This document shows positions 55,802 through 64,000 of a stretch of DNA of 64,000 bases, in pieces. Every line of letters begins with the position of its first letter. The first letter of the stretch is position 1. The DNA is from Clostridia bacterium. Lineage in GTDB: Bacteria > Bacillota > Clostridia > Oscillospirales > Acutalibacteraceae. Position numbers and translations under genes: made by a program. The notes beneath the pieces are model-generated. The model saw only the letters and a program-made list of their open reading frames with translations, was not told the DNA's origin and made no database searches. The stretch covers positions 26,268 to 90,267 of the forward strand of contig CAAEIG010000052.1 in assembly GCA_900755895.1 (NCBI GenBank). The letters are read 5' to 3'.

Positions 55802-56440
55802 ATGTTAGGTCTGCTCTACAAGGACTTTTACACCTCGAAAAAGGAACTGATCCTCACAGGATTTATGGCACTGCTCTTTGTGGTATTCAATGTGGCCACC
55901 GACCAGGCGGAGATGTTGGGGCCCTCCATCGGAGTCCTGATTTCCGTGGGGAGCTTGGTGCCCACCTACTCCATCCACTATGACAAAACAAACGGTTGGG
56001 ACAAATTCATCTGCGCCTCCCCCATCAGCCGAAAACAAGTGGTGCTCTCCAAGTATCTGGCCGGTCTTATTACCATCGTTGTAATCAACCTGGTCATCGT
56101 AGTGGACAACATGGCTGTGGGATCCCCCATCCCCGTCTGGGGGTATGCTGCCCTGCTGTGCATCACCCTCTTCCTCCAAGCTGTAATGCTCCCCGTGTGC
56201 CTGAAGCTGGGTCAGAATTTTGTGGTGGCTGTGTTTTTGATTGTGGTGTTCTTGCCCATCGGCGCTCTGTTTTTCCTCAACCGAGTAAACATTCTCACCG
56301 ATGCAGCCATTGAGGGCGCCTTTGACTTCATCCAGCAAAACGCCGCCTCCCTGAGCCTGTTGGGCATTGTTGTAGCGGTAGTACTCTACGCAATCTCCTT
56401 CCTGATAAGCCTGCGGTACTACAAACACATGGAGATGTGA
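55802..56440 (+). CDS. ABC-2-type permease (6 TM), partner of the upstream ATPase
   Basis: MLGLLYKDFYTSKKELILTGFMALLFVV... 212 aa of hydrophobic helices. RBS GAAGGGAG. Confidence 0.6.
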   Translation: MLGLLYKDFYTSKKELILTGFMALLFVVFNVATDQAEMLGPSIGVLISVGSLVPTYSIHYDKTNGWDKFICASPISRKQVVLSKYLAGLITIVVINLVIVVDNMAVGSPIPVWGYAALLCITLFLQAVMLPVCLKLGQNFVVAVFLIVVFLPIGALFFLNRVNILTDAAIEGAFDFIQQNAASLSLLGIVVAVVLYAISFLISLRYYKHMEM

Positions 56441-56630
56441 TTTCCAAAACACATTTCATCGTAATATACAAACTTCTATAAGCTCGGTGCTTCTCAGCGC
56501 CGGGCTTTTTTCATATCTTCCCACACCAGCTTTAAACTTTGATTAAGCTTGGGCAAGTATCCTTATTTTCAAGAAAGGCAATGCCCCAACGCATCTTTCC
56601 CACACTATCCCGTCTAAGGAGGCTCCACCT

Positions 56631-57362
56631 GTGAAATATCAGGACACATTTCAACGCTATGAAATCAAATACCTGCTGAACAGCCGTCAAAAACAGGCCA
56701 TCCTCCAGGCCATGGAACCCTATATGAAGCTGGATACCTATGGAAGAACCACCATTCGCAACGTCTACTTTGACACGGATAACTTCCGGCTCATCCGCCG
56801 TTCTCTGGAACGTCCTGCTTACAAAGAAAAACTGCGGATTCGCAGCTATCAACAAGTAGGTCCCCAAGATCCGGTTTTCGTGGAACTGAAAAAGAAATAT
56901 AAGTCCGTCGTTTACAAACGCCGGCTCTCCCTTCCGGAATTCCAAGTGCTGACCTGCTTCCAAGAGGGGACTCCTCTGCCGGTCAACTCTCAGATCGCCC
57001 AAGAGATCGAATATTTCCGAAGGTATTACGGGTCCTTGCAACCCAAGGTGTTCCTCTCCTATGAGCGAGAGGCTTTTTTCGCGTTGGATGACGGAGACTT
57101 CCGGGTCACCTTTGATGAAAACATCCTCTACCGCACAGAAGAACTCTCTCTGAAAAATGGCATATCCGGACTCCCTCTGCTGGAGGATCACCAGACTTTG
57201 ATGGAACTCAAAACGTCAGGGGGCATCCCATTGTGGATGAGTCACGTACTCAACCAGCAGAGGGCATTTAAAACATCTTTTTCCAAATATGGCTCGGCGT
57301 ATCAACAGCTGGTGCGCAATGAAATGCAGCCCCGGCAATTTAGGAGGTATCTGTATGCTTGA
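56631..57362 (+). CDS. VTC-domain (vacuolar-transporter-chaperone-type polyphosphate polymerase fold, CYTH-like) protein
   Basis: MKYQDTFQRYEIKYLLNSRQKQAILQAMEPYMKLDTYGRTTIRNVYFDTDNFRLIRRSL...KLRIRSY...FVELKKK... is the pattern typical of bacterial VTC proteins. RBS TAAGGAGG. Confidence 0.7.
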   Translation: MKYQDTFQRYEIKYLLNSRQKQAILQAMEPYMKLDTYGRTTIRNVYFDTDNFRLIRRSLERPAYKEKLRIRSYQQVGPQDPVFVELKKKYKSVVYKRRLSLPEFQVLTCFQEGTPLPVNSQIAQEIEYFRRYYGSLQPKVFLSYEREAFFALDDGDFRVTFDENILYRTEELSLKNGISGLPLLEDHQTLMELKTSGGIPLWMSHVLNQQRAFKTSFSKYGSAYQQLVRNEMQPRQFRRYLYA

Positions 57363-58050
57363 CACACTTTTCTCCGGACTGTTTGACTCGGAACTGACCA
57401 CTGTGATCGCAGTCCAGGATTTTCTGCTCTGCGTGGGATGCGCATTGGTGATCGGCCTGATTCTGGCCGGCTGCTACATGTACCGCACGCGGTATACAAG
57501 AGGCTTTGTGGCAACACTGGCTCTGCTGCCCGCAGTGGTCTGTGTCGTCATCATGATGGTCAACGGCAATGTGGGCACCGGCGTGGCTGTGGCAGGTGCG
57601 TTCAGCTTGGTACGCTTCCGCTCCGTTCCCGGATCAGCCAAGGAAATTTGCATTATTTTTCTCGCCATGGGCACTGGCTTAGTGGTGGGTATGGGCTATC
57701 TGGGATACGCCTTTCTCTTTGCCATCTTGCTGGGAGGTATGACTGTAGTTTACAGCCGGTTGGGATTCGGCGCCCGCAAAAAAGGCTCCCTCTACAAGAC
57801 ACTTCACATCACGATTCCGGAGGATTTGGACTACACCGGCGTCTTCGATCCGATCTTGGAAGAATACACTTCCGACTTTGAACTGACTCAAGTGCGCACA
57901 ACCCACATGGGCAGCTTGTTCCGACTGACCTATGATCTCACGCTGTCCAGTCCGGGTATTGAAAAAGAACTGATCGACAAGCTCCGCTGCCGAAACGGCA
58001 ATTTGGAGATCACGGTTTCCAAACAGGAAACCACCATCGCAGAACTGTAA
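57355..58050 (+). CDS. DUF4956-family membrane protein
   Basis: 4 predicted TM helices, then a soluble C-terminal domain ...LHITIPEDLDYTGVFDPILEEYTSDFELTQVRTTHMGSLFRLTYDLTL. Overlaps the VTC stop by 8 nt. RBS AGGAGGT. Confidence 0.65.
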   Translation: MLDTLFSGLFDSELTTVIAVQDFLLCVGCALVIGLILAGCYMYRTRYTRGFVATLALLPAVVCVVIMMVNGNVGTGVAVAGAFSLVRFRSVPGSAKEICIIFLAMGTGLVVGMGYLGYAFLFAILLGGMTVVYSRLGFGARKKGSLYKTLHITIPEDLDYTGVFDPILEEYTSDFELTQVRTTHMGSLFRLTYDLTLSSPGIEKELIDKLRCRNGNLEITVSKQETTIAEL

Positions 58051-58063
58051 AAGGAGGGCATTC

Positions 58064-60076
58064 ATGAAACCAAACGTAATTTTAGCCATACTCCTGAGCT
58101 CTCTCCTGGCATTTTCCGGATGCACTGCGGCGGATTCTCAAGAGAGCACATCCTCTGCCCCGGAAGTCACCACCACAGAAACCGTTACCCAGGACACCTC
58201 TGTACAGAACACTGCTTCTGTGGACACGTCGGAAATGTTTACCGACAGGGATATGGAAATCGGCTATGACGAGGAAACCTGTATCCCCATCACCCTTTCC
58301 GGCGACAGCGCCACCTGTGATTCCGATGCGGTAGTCATCTCCGATTCCACCGTTACCATCACAGAAGAGGGGACCTATCTCCTCTCTGGAACACTCAACG
58401 GCATGGTAGCGGTTCAAGCTGCCGACACCGCCAAAATTCAGCTGGTATTAGATAACGTGGAGATCACCAACGCCACAGGAGCTGCAATTTATGTGGCGGA
58501 AGCGGACAAAGTGGTGATCACAACCGCATCTGATTCAGAAAATACCCTCTCCAACGGCGGAGAATACGTGGCTATTGATGACAACAACATTGACGGGACT
58601 ATCTTTTCCAAAGCCGATCTGACCTTGAACGGAGCCGGGGTGCTCACTGTCAACGCCCAGGCGGGTCATGGGGTGGTCTCCAAGGACGATCTGGTCCTCA
58701 CCAGCGGGACTTACAACATCACCGCTGCCAATCAGGGACTCTCTGGAAAGGACAGCGTTCGCATCGCCAGCGGCACTTACTCCATTGAGTCCGGGAAAGA
58801 CGCCATTCACGCAGAAAACACCGAAGACTCCAGCCTTGGATTTCTCTATATCGCCAATGGCACTTTCCAGCTCACTGCGGAAGGTGATGGCATGAGTGCC
58901 AGTTCCTACCTCTTGGTGGAAGACGGCGACTTCACCATAGAAGCCGGAGGCGGCAGCGCCAACGCTGCTACCCAGAGTACCACCATGGAATTTGCTCCTG
59001 GAGGCCAAATTGAAACCACCGACACCGAGGAAACGACTCCCAGCACCAAGGGAATCAAGGCTGTCACAGCATTGACACTCCAAGGGGGAAGCTACTCCAT
59101 TGATACGGCGGATGATGGACTTCATTCCAACGGTGATGTAACCATTTCCGGCGGGGAATTCACCATCGCCTCCGGGGATGACGGTATCCACGGCGACCAG
59201 GCTGTGACTGTGTCCGACGGCACCATCCAGATCACCCAAAGCTACGAGGGCATTGAGGGGCTATCCATTGACATCACCGGAGGCACCATCAGCCTGGTTG
59301 CCAGCGACGATGGGCTCAATGCTGCCGGTGGAACAGACAGCAGCGGCTTTGGCGGCAGGGGTGGCGATATGTTTGCCGCCACCGAAGGAGCTTATATCTC
59401 CATTTCCGGCGGAACTATGCACATTGACGCTTCCGGCGATGGGATTGACTCCAACGGCTCTCTGACCGTCTCAGGCGGAGAAACTTACGTGTCCGGTCCC
59501 ACCGACAGTGGAAACAGCTGTCTGGATTACGCCAGCGACGCAACCATCAGCGGAGGAATTTTCTTGGCCTCTGGATCTTCTGGCATGGCACAGAATTTTG
59601 GTGACACTTCCACCCAGGGGGTCATGATGGTCACCGTGGATTCCGCCTCGGCAGGCAGCACGGTGTCCCTCACCGATTCCTCCGGCACAGAGTTGACATC
59701 TTGGCAGCCGGAGAAGGATTTTAACTCCGTCATCATCAGCTGTCCTGAAATCACAGAAGGATCCACCTACACGCTGACCGTCAACGGCACTTCCACAGAG
59801 ATCACCATGGACAGTCTTGTTTACGGTTCCGGAGGCGGTATGGGTGGTCTCGGCGGGGGCAAAGGAGGCTCCATGGGAGGCCCCGGAGGCACTCCCGGAG
59901 AGGCTCCCAATGGTTCCTGGGAGAGTGGTGGCGGCACAGAAACTCCTGGGGAACCTCCTGAAATGCCAGAGGGTGACACGGGCGTCCCCCAGGATTTCGG
60001 AGAACCTCCGACTGCTCCTGACGGTACCGAGGGTGGCTCCCTCCAAATTAGCGGAAGCGACAGTCAATCCGTGTAA
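58064..60076 (+). CDS. Cthe_2159-like (PF14262) beta-helix carbohydrate-binding lipoprotein with Gly/Pro-rich C-terminal tail
   Basis: Lipobox LLAFSGC. Many tandem ~25-aa beta-helix-like repeats (DDGLHSNGDVTISGGEFTIASGDDGIHGDQAVTVSDGTIQI...). C-terminal GGGMGGLGGGKGGSMGGPGGTPGE low-complexity region. Confidence 0.55.
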   Translation: MKPNVILAILLSSLLAFSGCTAADSQESTSSAPEVTTTETVTQDTSVQNTASVDTSEMFTDRDMEIGYDEETCIPITLSGDSATCDSDAVVISDSTVTITEEGTYLLSGTLNGMVAVQAADTAKIQLVLDNVEITNATGAAIYVAEADKVVITTASDSENTLSNGGEYVAIDDNNIDGTIFSKADLTLNGAGVLTVNAQAGHGVVSKDDLVLTSGTYNITAANQGLSGKDSVRIASGTYSIESGKDAIHAENTEDSSLGFLYIANGTFQLTAEGDGMSASSYLLVEDGDFTIEAGGGSANAATQSTTMEFAPGGQIETTDTEETTPSTKGIKAVTALTLQGGSYSIDTADDGLHSNGDVTISGGEFTIASGDDGIHGDQAVTVSDGTIQITQSYEGIEGLSIDITGGTISLVASDDGLNAAGGTDSSGFGGRGGDMFAATEGAYISISGGTMHIDASGDGIDSNGSLTVSGGETYVSGPTDSGNSCLDYASDATISGGIFLASGSSGMAQNFGDTSTQGVMMVTVDSASAGSTVSLTDSSGTELTSWQPEKDFNSVIISCPEITEGSTYTLTVNGTSTEITMDSLVYGSGGGMGGLGGGKGGSMGGPGGTPGEAPNGSWESGGGTETPGEPPEMPEGDTGVPQDFGEPPTAPDGTEGGSLQISGSDSQSV

Positions 60077-60107
60077 CACAAATCTGGGAAAAAGGAGGAA
60101 TGGTGAC

Positions 60108-60674
60108 ATGGAAGTATTTTTCTGGGGCTTTCTATGGGGTATACTTTTGGGGATCCCCTCAGGGCTATCCAGCGCCCACTTACTTCTGCGGGTACGAGAA
60201 CAGGGATTCCCCGCTGCTTTCGCCACAGGACTGGGAACCTCCTGCGGAATCACCTGCTACGCCGCACTGAGTTTGCTCCTGGTTTCTTGGTTGAACGAGT
60301 ACTCCCAAGCAATCCTATTTGTGGCGGAAATCATCGTTCTGCTGGTGGCGATTCGGCGGATTCTCTGGCCCCATCGCGACTGGCTGGAAGAGGAGGTTTT
60401 TCCTACAACCTACCACTTTTTGTCAGCCATTGTGGTAGCTGTCAGTTGCCCCGGGACTTTGGCAGCTTTGCTCCTTGGGCCTGCATCCGGGATGGTTATC
60501 GGCAACTCTTTAGGACTGCTGGCAGGAATTCTAATAGGCGCCTTGTTGTGGAACTGCTTTCTCATTCTTTTGGGTACCCTGCGTCCAAAGCTCTCCCTGT
60601 CCATGATTGATCGGGGATGTGGTATTGTGCTGGGGGCGGCAGGTACGGCTACTTTTCTGTGGGGCCTTCTATAA
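60108..60674 (+). CDS. LysE/RhtB-family amino-acid exporter
   Basis: 188 aa, 6 TM. MEVFFWGFLWGILLGIPSGLS... RBS AAGGAGG 10 nt upstream. Confidence 0.65.
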   Translation: MEVFFWGFLWGILLGIPSGLSSAHLLLRVREQGFPAAFATGLGTSCGITCYAALSLLLVSWLNEYSQAILFVAEIIVLLVAIRRILWPHRDWLEEEVFPTTYHFLSAIVVAVSCPGTLAALLLGPASGMVIGNSLGLLAGILIGALLWNCFLILLGTLRPKLSLSMIDRGCGIVLGAAGTATFLWGLL

Positions 60675-60794
60675 CGTGGAACCAATCACTTTTACCATTG
60701 TTTCCCGTCAACCATTCCACTAATCTCTTGCCAGAACTGGGGCATCCATAGTATGATGGAAATGCTACTAAAATTAGATTGAGCGGAGATTCCA

Positions 60795-61319
60795 ATGAAA
60801 AAGTTGATTGTGTACGGAAGCCACTACGGAAGCACCCAGCGTTACGCCCAGAAGTTCGCGGAACTGACTGATCTGCCAGTGGTGAGTTACAAGGAACTTC
60901 CAGATCTGACAGAGTATGATCTCATCATCCACTTTGGCGGTTTATACGCAGGAGGCGTACTGGGCTTAAAGAAAACTCTCAAGGCCATGGGAACTCACAG
61001 CAAGCTGATCATTGTCACTGTGGGCTTGGCCGATGTAACCAGCGAGGAGACCCAGGAATCCATCCTGAAATCTCTACGAACCCAAGTACCGGAGCCTCTG
61101 CTGAAAGAGGGAGCTATCTTTCACCTGCGGGGAGCCATTGACTACAGCAAGCTGAGTTTTACCCACAAAACTATGATGACCCTTCTCTATCAAAAGGCCA
61201 AAAATCTTCCTGAGGAAAAACAGTCATCCGACACCAAGGCGTTTTTGGAAACCTTCAACTCTCACGTTGACTTTGTAGATTTTTCTTCGCTAGCCCCCAT
61301 TGTGAAGGCCATCTCCTAA
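60795..61319 (+). CDS. Flavodoxin-domain protein
   Basis: MKKLIVYGSHYGSTQRYAQKFAE... is a flavodoxin FMN-phosphate loop. Promoter TTGCCA-17-TATGAT upstream. Confidence 0.7.
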   Translation: MKKLIVYGSHYGSTQRYAQKFAELTDLPVVSYKELPDLTEYDLIIHFGGLYAGGVLGLKKTLKAMGTHSKLIIVTVGLADVTSEETQESILKSLRTQVPEPLLKEGAIFHLRGAIDYSKLSFTHKTMMTLLYQKAKNLPEEKQSSDTKAFLETFNSHVDFVDFSSLAPIVKAIS

Positions 61320-61334
61320 AAATAACCCCACACA

Positions 61335-61372
61335 AAAAGACGTGCTGCACATGCAGCACGTCTTTTTTGCTC
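61335..61372. terminator. Bidirectional terminator
   Basis: aaaagacgtgctgcacatgcagcacgtctttttt. Confidence 0.7.
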
Positions 61373-61407
61373 AACCGAAGTTCGATTCCTCTTTGAAAAA
61401 AACAATC

Positions 61408-63165
61408 TCACTGCTCAATGGCAGCCTTCTGCTGATTGATCTCCCGGATGATGCGAATGTCAAATTTCTCCTGGCGGGCGTATGTGTACAAGCCATTGAC
61501 CTCTTGCTCGATGTCATAGAGCTGGGTATAACAGAAACCACAGATCTCCGGGTTGCGGAGCATGGCCTCTGTCAGGCCGCGATACCGGTCAAAGAACTCC
61601 TGGGCTGTGGCGGGAGCCGCACCATATCCCCAACCTTCTCCCCGATCCTCCGCCCAGCGGATACCGCCGTACTCGCTGATGAAGATGGGCTGACCATCAT
61701 AGGGCTGTGCAAAGAAGGGGGCTTTTCCGTGCTCGCCCCAAGGCTGTTCCTGGAAAAAGGCGTCATCCACAGGGATGGGACCTTCCTTTGCCCTAGCTGT
61801 AAAAGCATCCCACCGAGCGGAAAAGGTCTCGGGATTCTGGTCGTAATCGTGAATGTCATAAACCTCGGAAATCACCCGGAAATTGCCGCTGGAATCAATG
61901 CAGGGACGGGTGGGATCCAGGCGCTTGGTCAGTCGGTACACGCTGCTGAGCAGCTGGTTCTTCTCCTGCTCCTCGTGATAGCCCCAGGTCTCGTTGAAGG
62001 GGCACCACCCAATGATTGCAGGGTGATTGATGTCCCGCTCCACCGCTTCGCTCCACTGGTTGAGATAGATCTCCCCTGCCAGAGGATTGGAATGATCCAA
62101 GCCCCAGTTGGGGTATTCTCCCCACACCAGGTACCCCATCTTATCACAATGATAGAGGAAACGGGGCTCAAACACCTTTTCATGCAGCCGCGCTCCGTTA
62201 AAGCCCGCCGCCATGGATAGCTCAATATCCTTCACCAGGTCCTCTTCCTTGGGAGCCGTGTAGATACCCTCCGGATAGAACCCCTGGTCCAACACCATGC
62301 GCAAAAACACGGACTCGCCGTTAAGCAGGAACTTCCTGCCATCAAATCGCACCGTCCTCAGCCCAAAATAGCTTTCCACATGGTCCTGCTCAAAGTCAAA
62401 GGTCAGGCGGTACAGTCCGCCCTTTCCCAGCTCCCACAAGTGAATCTGGGACAGCTCCACCTGGGCTGTGAAAAAACCGTCCTCCACAGTCAGGGTTTTC
62501 GCCCCCACCTGAGTGTCCTCCCAAAAGGCGGCAATGCACAGAGTTCCCTTCCCCCGCACCCTGCCAGTCACGGTAACCCAGCCGTTCTCCGGGTCGGGAT
62601 AGTACTGGGCGGACTCCACATAGGCCTTGGGAACAAACTCCAGCCAGACCGTCTGCCAGATGCCGGTGGTGCGGGTATAATCGCAGCCGGAAGAGGCATA
62701 ACGGTCCGCCTGCTTGCCTTTGGGCTGAAGCCCGCTGCGCACGTCATCCTGGACCGCCACAAACAGGGTGTTTTCCCCGGGAAATACCAGGTCCGTCACC
62801 TCAAAGGCAAAAGAGGTGTACCCACCTCTATGAGTACCGGCCAGCTTGCCGTTGACATAGATTTCTGTCTCATAATCCACTGCCCCAAAATGCAGCAGCA
62901 CCCTACCGGAGGCCTCTTCCTCGCTGAGGGTGAAGGTGCGGCGGTAAGCCACGCCGCTGATAAAGTCCACATAGCCAATGCCGGAAAGCTTGCTCTCCGG
63001 GCAGAAAGGCACCAGGATCTCCCGGTCCAACCGCTGCTTTTTCCACAGTTCCCGCTGGACTGCACTGCAGCCAAAATCGAATTCAAACTCCCAAATGCCG
63101 TTGAGAGTTCTCCAGTTCTCCCGCTGCCACTGGGGATTGGGATGCTCCGGCCGTGGTATGTTCAT
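61408..63165 (-). CDS. Glycoside hydrolase family 2 (beta-galactosidase / beta-glucuronidase-like)
   Basis: GH2 sugar-binding N-domain (NGIWEFEFD...VLLHFGAVDYETEIYVNGKLAGTHRGGYTSFAFEVTD) and TIM-barrel region (CPFNETWGY, acid/base NE). Confidence 0.8.
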   Translation of the reverse strand: MNIPRPEHPNPQWQRENWRTLNGIWEFEFDFGCSAVQRELWKKQRLDREILVPFCPESKLSGIGYVDFISGVAYRRTFTLSEEEASGRVLLHFGAVDYETEIYVNGKLAGTHRGGYTSFAFEVTDLVFPGENTLFVAVQDDVRSGLQPKGKQADRYASSGCDYTRTTGIWQTVWLEFVPKAYVESAQYYPDPENGWVTVTGRVRGKGTLCIAAFWEDTQVGAKTLTVEDGFFTAQVELSQIHLWELGKGGLYRLTFDFEQDHVESYFGLRTVRFDGRKFLLNGESVFLRMVLDQGFYPEGIYTAPKEEDLVKDIELSMAAGFNGARLHEKVFEPRFLYHCDKMGYLVWGEYPNWGLDHSNPLAGEIYLNQWSEAVERDINHPAIIGWCPFNETWGYHEEQEKNQLLSSVYRLTKRLDPTRPCIDSSGNFRVISEVYDIHDYDQNPETFSARWDAFTARAKEGPIPVDDAFFQEQPWGEHGKAPFFAQPYDGQPIFISEYGGIRWAEDRGEGWGYGAAPATAQEFFDRYRGLTEAMLRNPEICGFCYTQLYDIEQEVNGLYTYARQEKFDIRIIREINQQKAAIEQ

Positions 63166-63373
63166 ATTGATCTCCTCCTTGAATCTTCCATAAAAAATGA
63201 CGCAAAATCAGAGAATAAGTAGGGATACTGCGATTATACTCGCATGGATGGCGTAAGTAAAGCGCTTTTCACAACTTCTTTTGATGGGTTTTATCCGGGA
63301 GAAACCCCTTTCCATTCTCTTGACAAGACTGTCCATCTTCGTTACCCTGATTAACAGACAAGGAGGGAGCATT

Positions 63374-64000
63374 GTGAAAACCATTGCGATCATTGAGGAC
63401 GATCAAACCATCGGAGCCCTACTGGAGGAAGTGCTCCTCAAAGAGGGATACCGCGTACTTCGGGCATACTCCGGCACCGAAGCTGTCTACCTGCTGTCCC
63501 ATCAAAGGCCGGATCTGGCTCTGCTGGATTTGATGCTCCCCGTCCTCTCCGGTGAGGAAGTTCTCCCCCATCTGGAGGGAATCCCCGTGATTGTGGTCAG
63601 CGCCAAAGTGGGTGTGGATGACAAAGTCCGCCTTTTGCTGGAGGGCGCGGCGGACTACATCACCAAACCTTTTGAGCTGAAAGAGCTTCTGGCGCGCATT
63701 CAGGTACAGCTGCGCAAAAGTACCGCACCATCCGGTTCCCTGTTGGAATCCGGTGATCTGCGCTTGAATATCTCTTCCCACGAGGTCACTGCGGGGCAAA
63801 CCGTGGTTCACTTGACAAAGACCGAATACGCTATTTTAAAGCTGCTGATGCAGAATCCCACACAGGCGGTGGCCAAATCCATCATCCTGGACAGGATCGC
63901 CCAGGACACCCCGGACTGCACGGACAGTTCCCTCAAGCAGCATGTGAGCAATCTGCGGAAAAAGCTGCGGGAGGCCGGGGCACAAACCACCATTGAAGCG
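63374..64000 (+). CDS. OmpR-family response regulator (3' end lies outside the window; absent from the ORF track because it has no in-window stop)
   Basis: GTG start 5 nt after AGGAGGGAG. VKTIAIIEDDQTIGALLEEVL...RPDLALLDLMLP (phospho-acceptor Asp) ... winged helix LTKTEYAILKLLMQNP. Confidence 0.8.
   Translation, partial: MKTIAIIEDDQTIGALLEEVLLKEGYRVLRAYSGTEAVYLLSHQRPDLALLDLMLPVLSGEEVLPHLEGIPVIVVSAKVGVDDKVRLLLEGAADYITKPFELKELLARIQVQLRKSTAPSGSLLESGDLRLNISSHEVTAGQTVVHLTKTEYAILKLLMQNPTQAVAKSIILDRIAQDTPDCTDSSLKQHVSNLRKKLREAGAQTTIEA

Overview
The window is a 64 kb stretch of high-GC (~58%) Firmicutes chromosome. Gene content suggests a Clostridia / Oscillospiraceae-type organism. It is densely coding and mostly housekeeping. 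There is no integrase, transposase, phage gene or CRISPR array.

Main content, left to right:
(1) The 3' end of an adenine deaminase gene, translationally coupled to a URO-D-like gene.
(2) A cytoplasmic sugar-acid / glycoside island: Zn-alcohol dehydrogenase, a LarA-family racemase/epimerase homolog, a GH3 glycosidase, a large (alpha/alpha)6-type glycosidase and a clear GusA/UidA beta-glucuronidase.
(3) Rrf2 regulator divergent from metY, with a palindromic operator over the metY promoter.
(4) tRNA-Ala(GGC), followed by a solitary EndoA/MazF toxin gene and the CCA-adding enzyme.
(5) SEC-C protein, sigG, ptsI-ptsH, rqcH, nif3, trmK.
(6) A DUF1858 / zinc-ribbon / ECF-like sigma triplet.
(7) yifB (comM-like), a 963-aa SLH-anchored multidomain cell-wall hydrolase, ackA, tmcAL, rsmF-like, yitT, mrnC.
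(8) obg-rpmA-prp-rplU, then a P-loop kinase with a coupled small membrane protein, pyrBI, yebC, an Isf-like flavoprotein, and mntP behind a yybP-ykoY (Mn) riboswitch.
(9) glgP-malQ, recQ, a GNAT acetyltransferase, a NagZ-like GH3 lipoprotein, ilvE, a C26 amidotransferase.
(10) Two tandem esterase paralogs plus a CPBP (Abi-type) intramembrane protease.
(11) A YtrA-type GntR regulator with an ABC ATPase and permease, preceded by a perfect 8-3-8 palindrome.
(12) A VTC-domain / DUF4956 / Cthe_2159 beta-helix lipoprotein triad, then a LysE exporter, a flavodoxin, a GH2 glycosidase and the start of an OmpR-type response regulator.

The most unusual items are the functionally uncharacterised VTC-DUF4956-Cthe_2159 module, the LarA homolog embedded in a glucuronide locus without larBCE, the solitary MazF next to a tRNA, and the esterase-esterase-CPBP set. 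All calls rest on motif recognition by eye. No database search was run.
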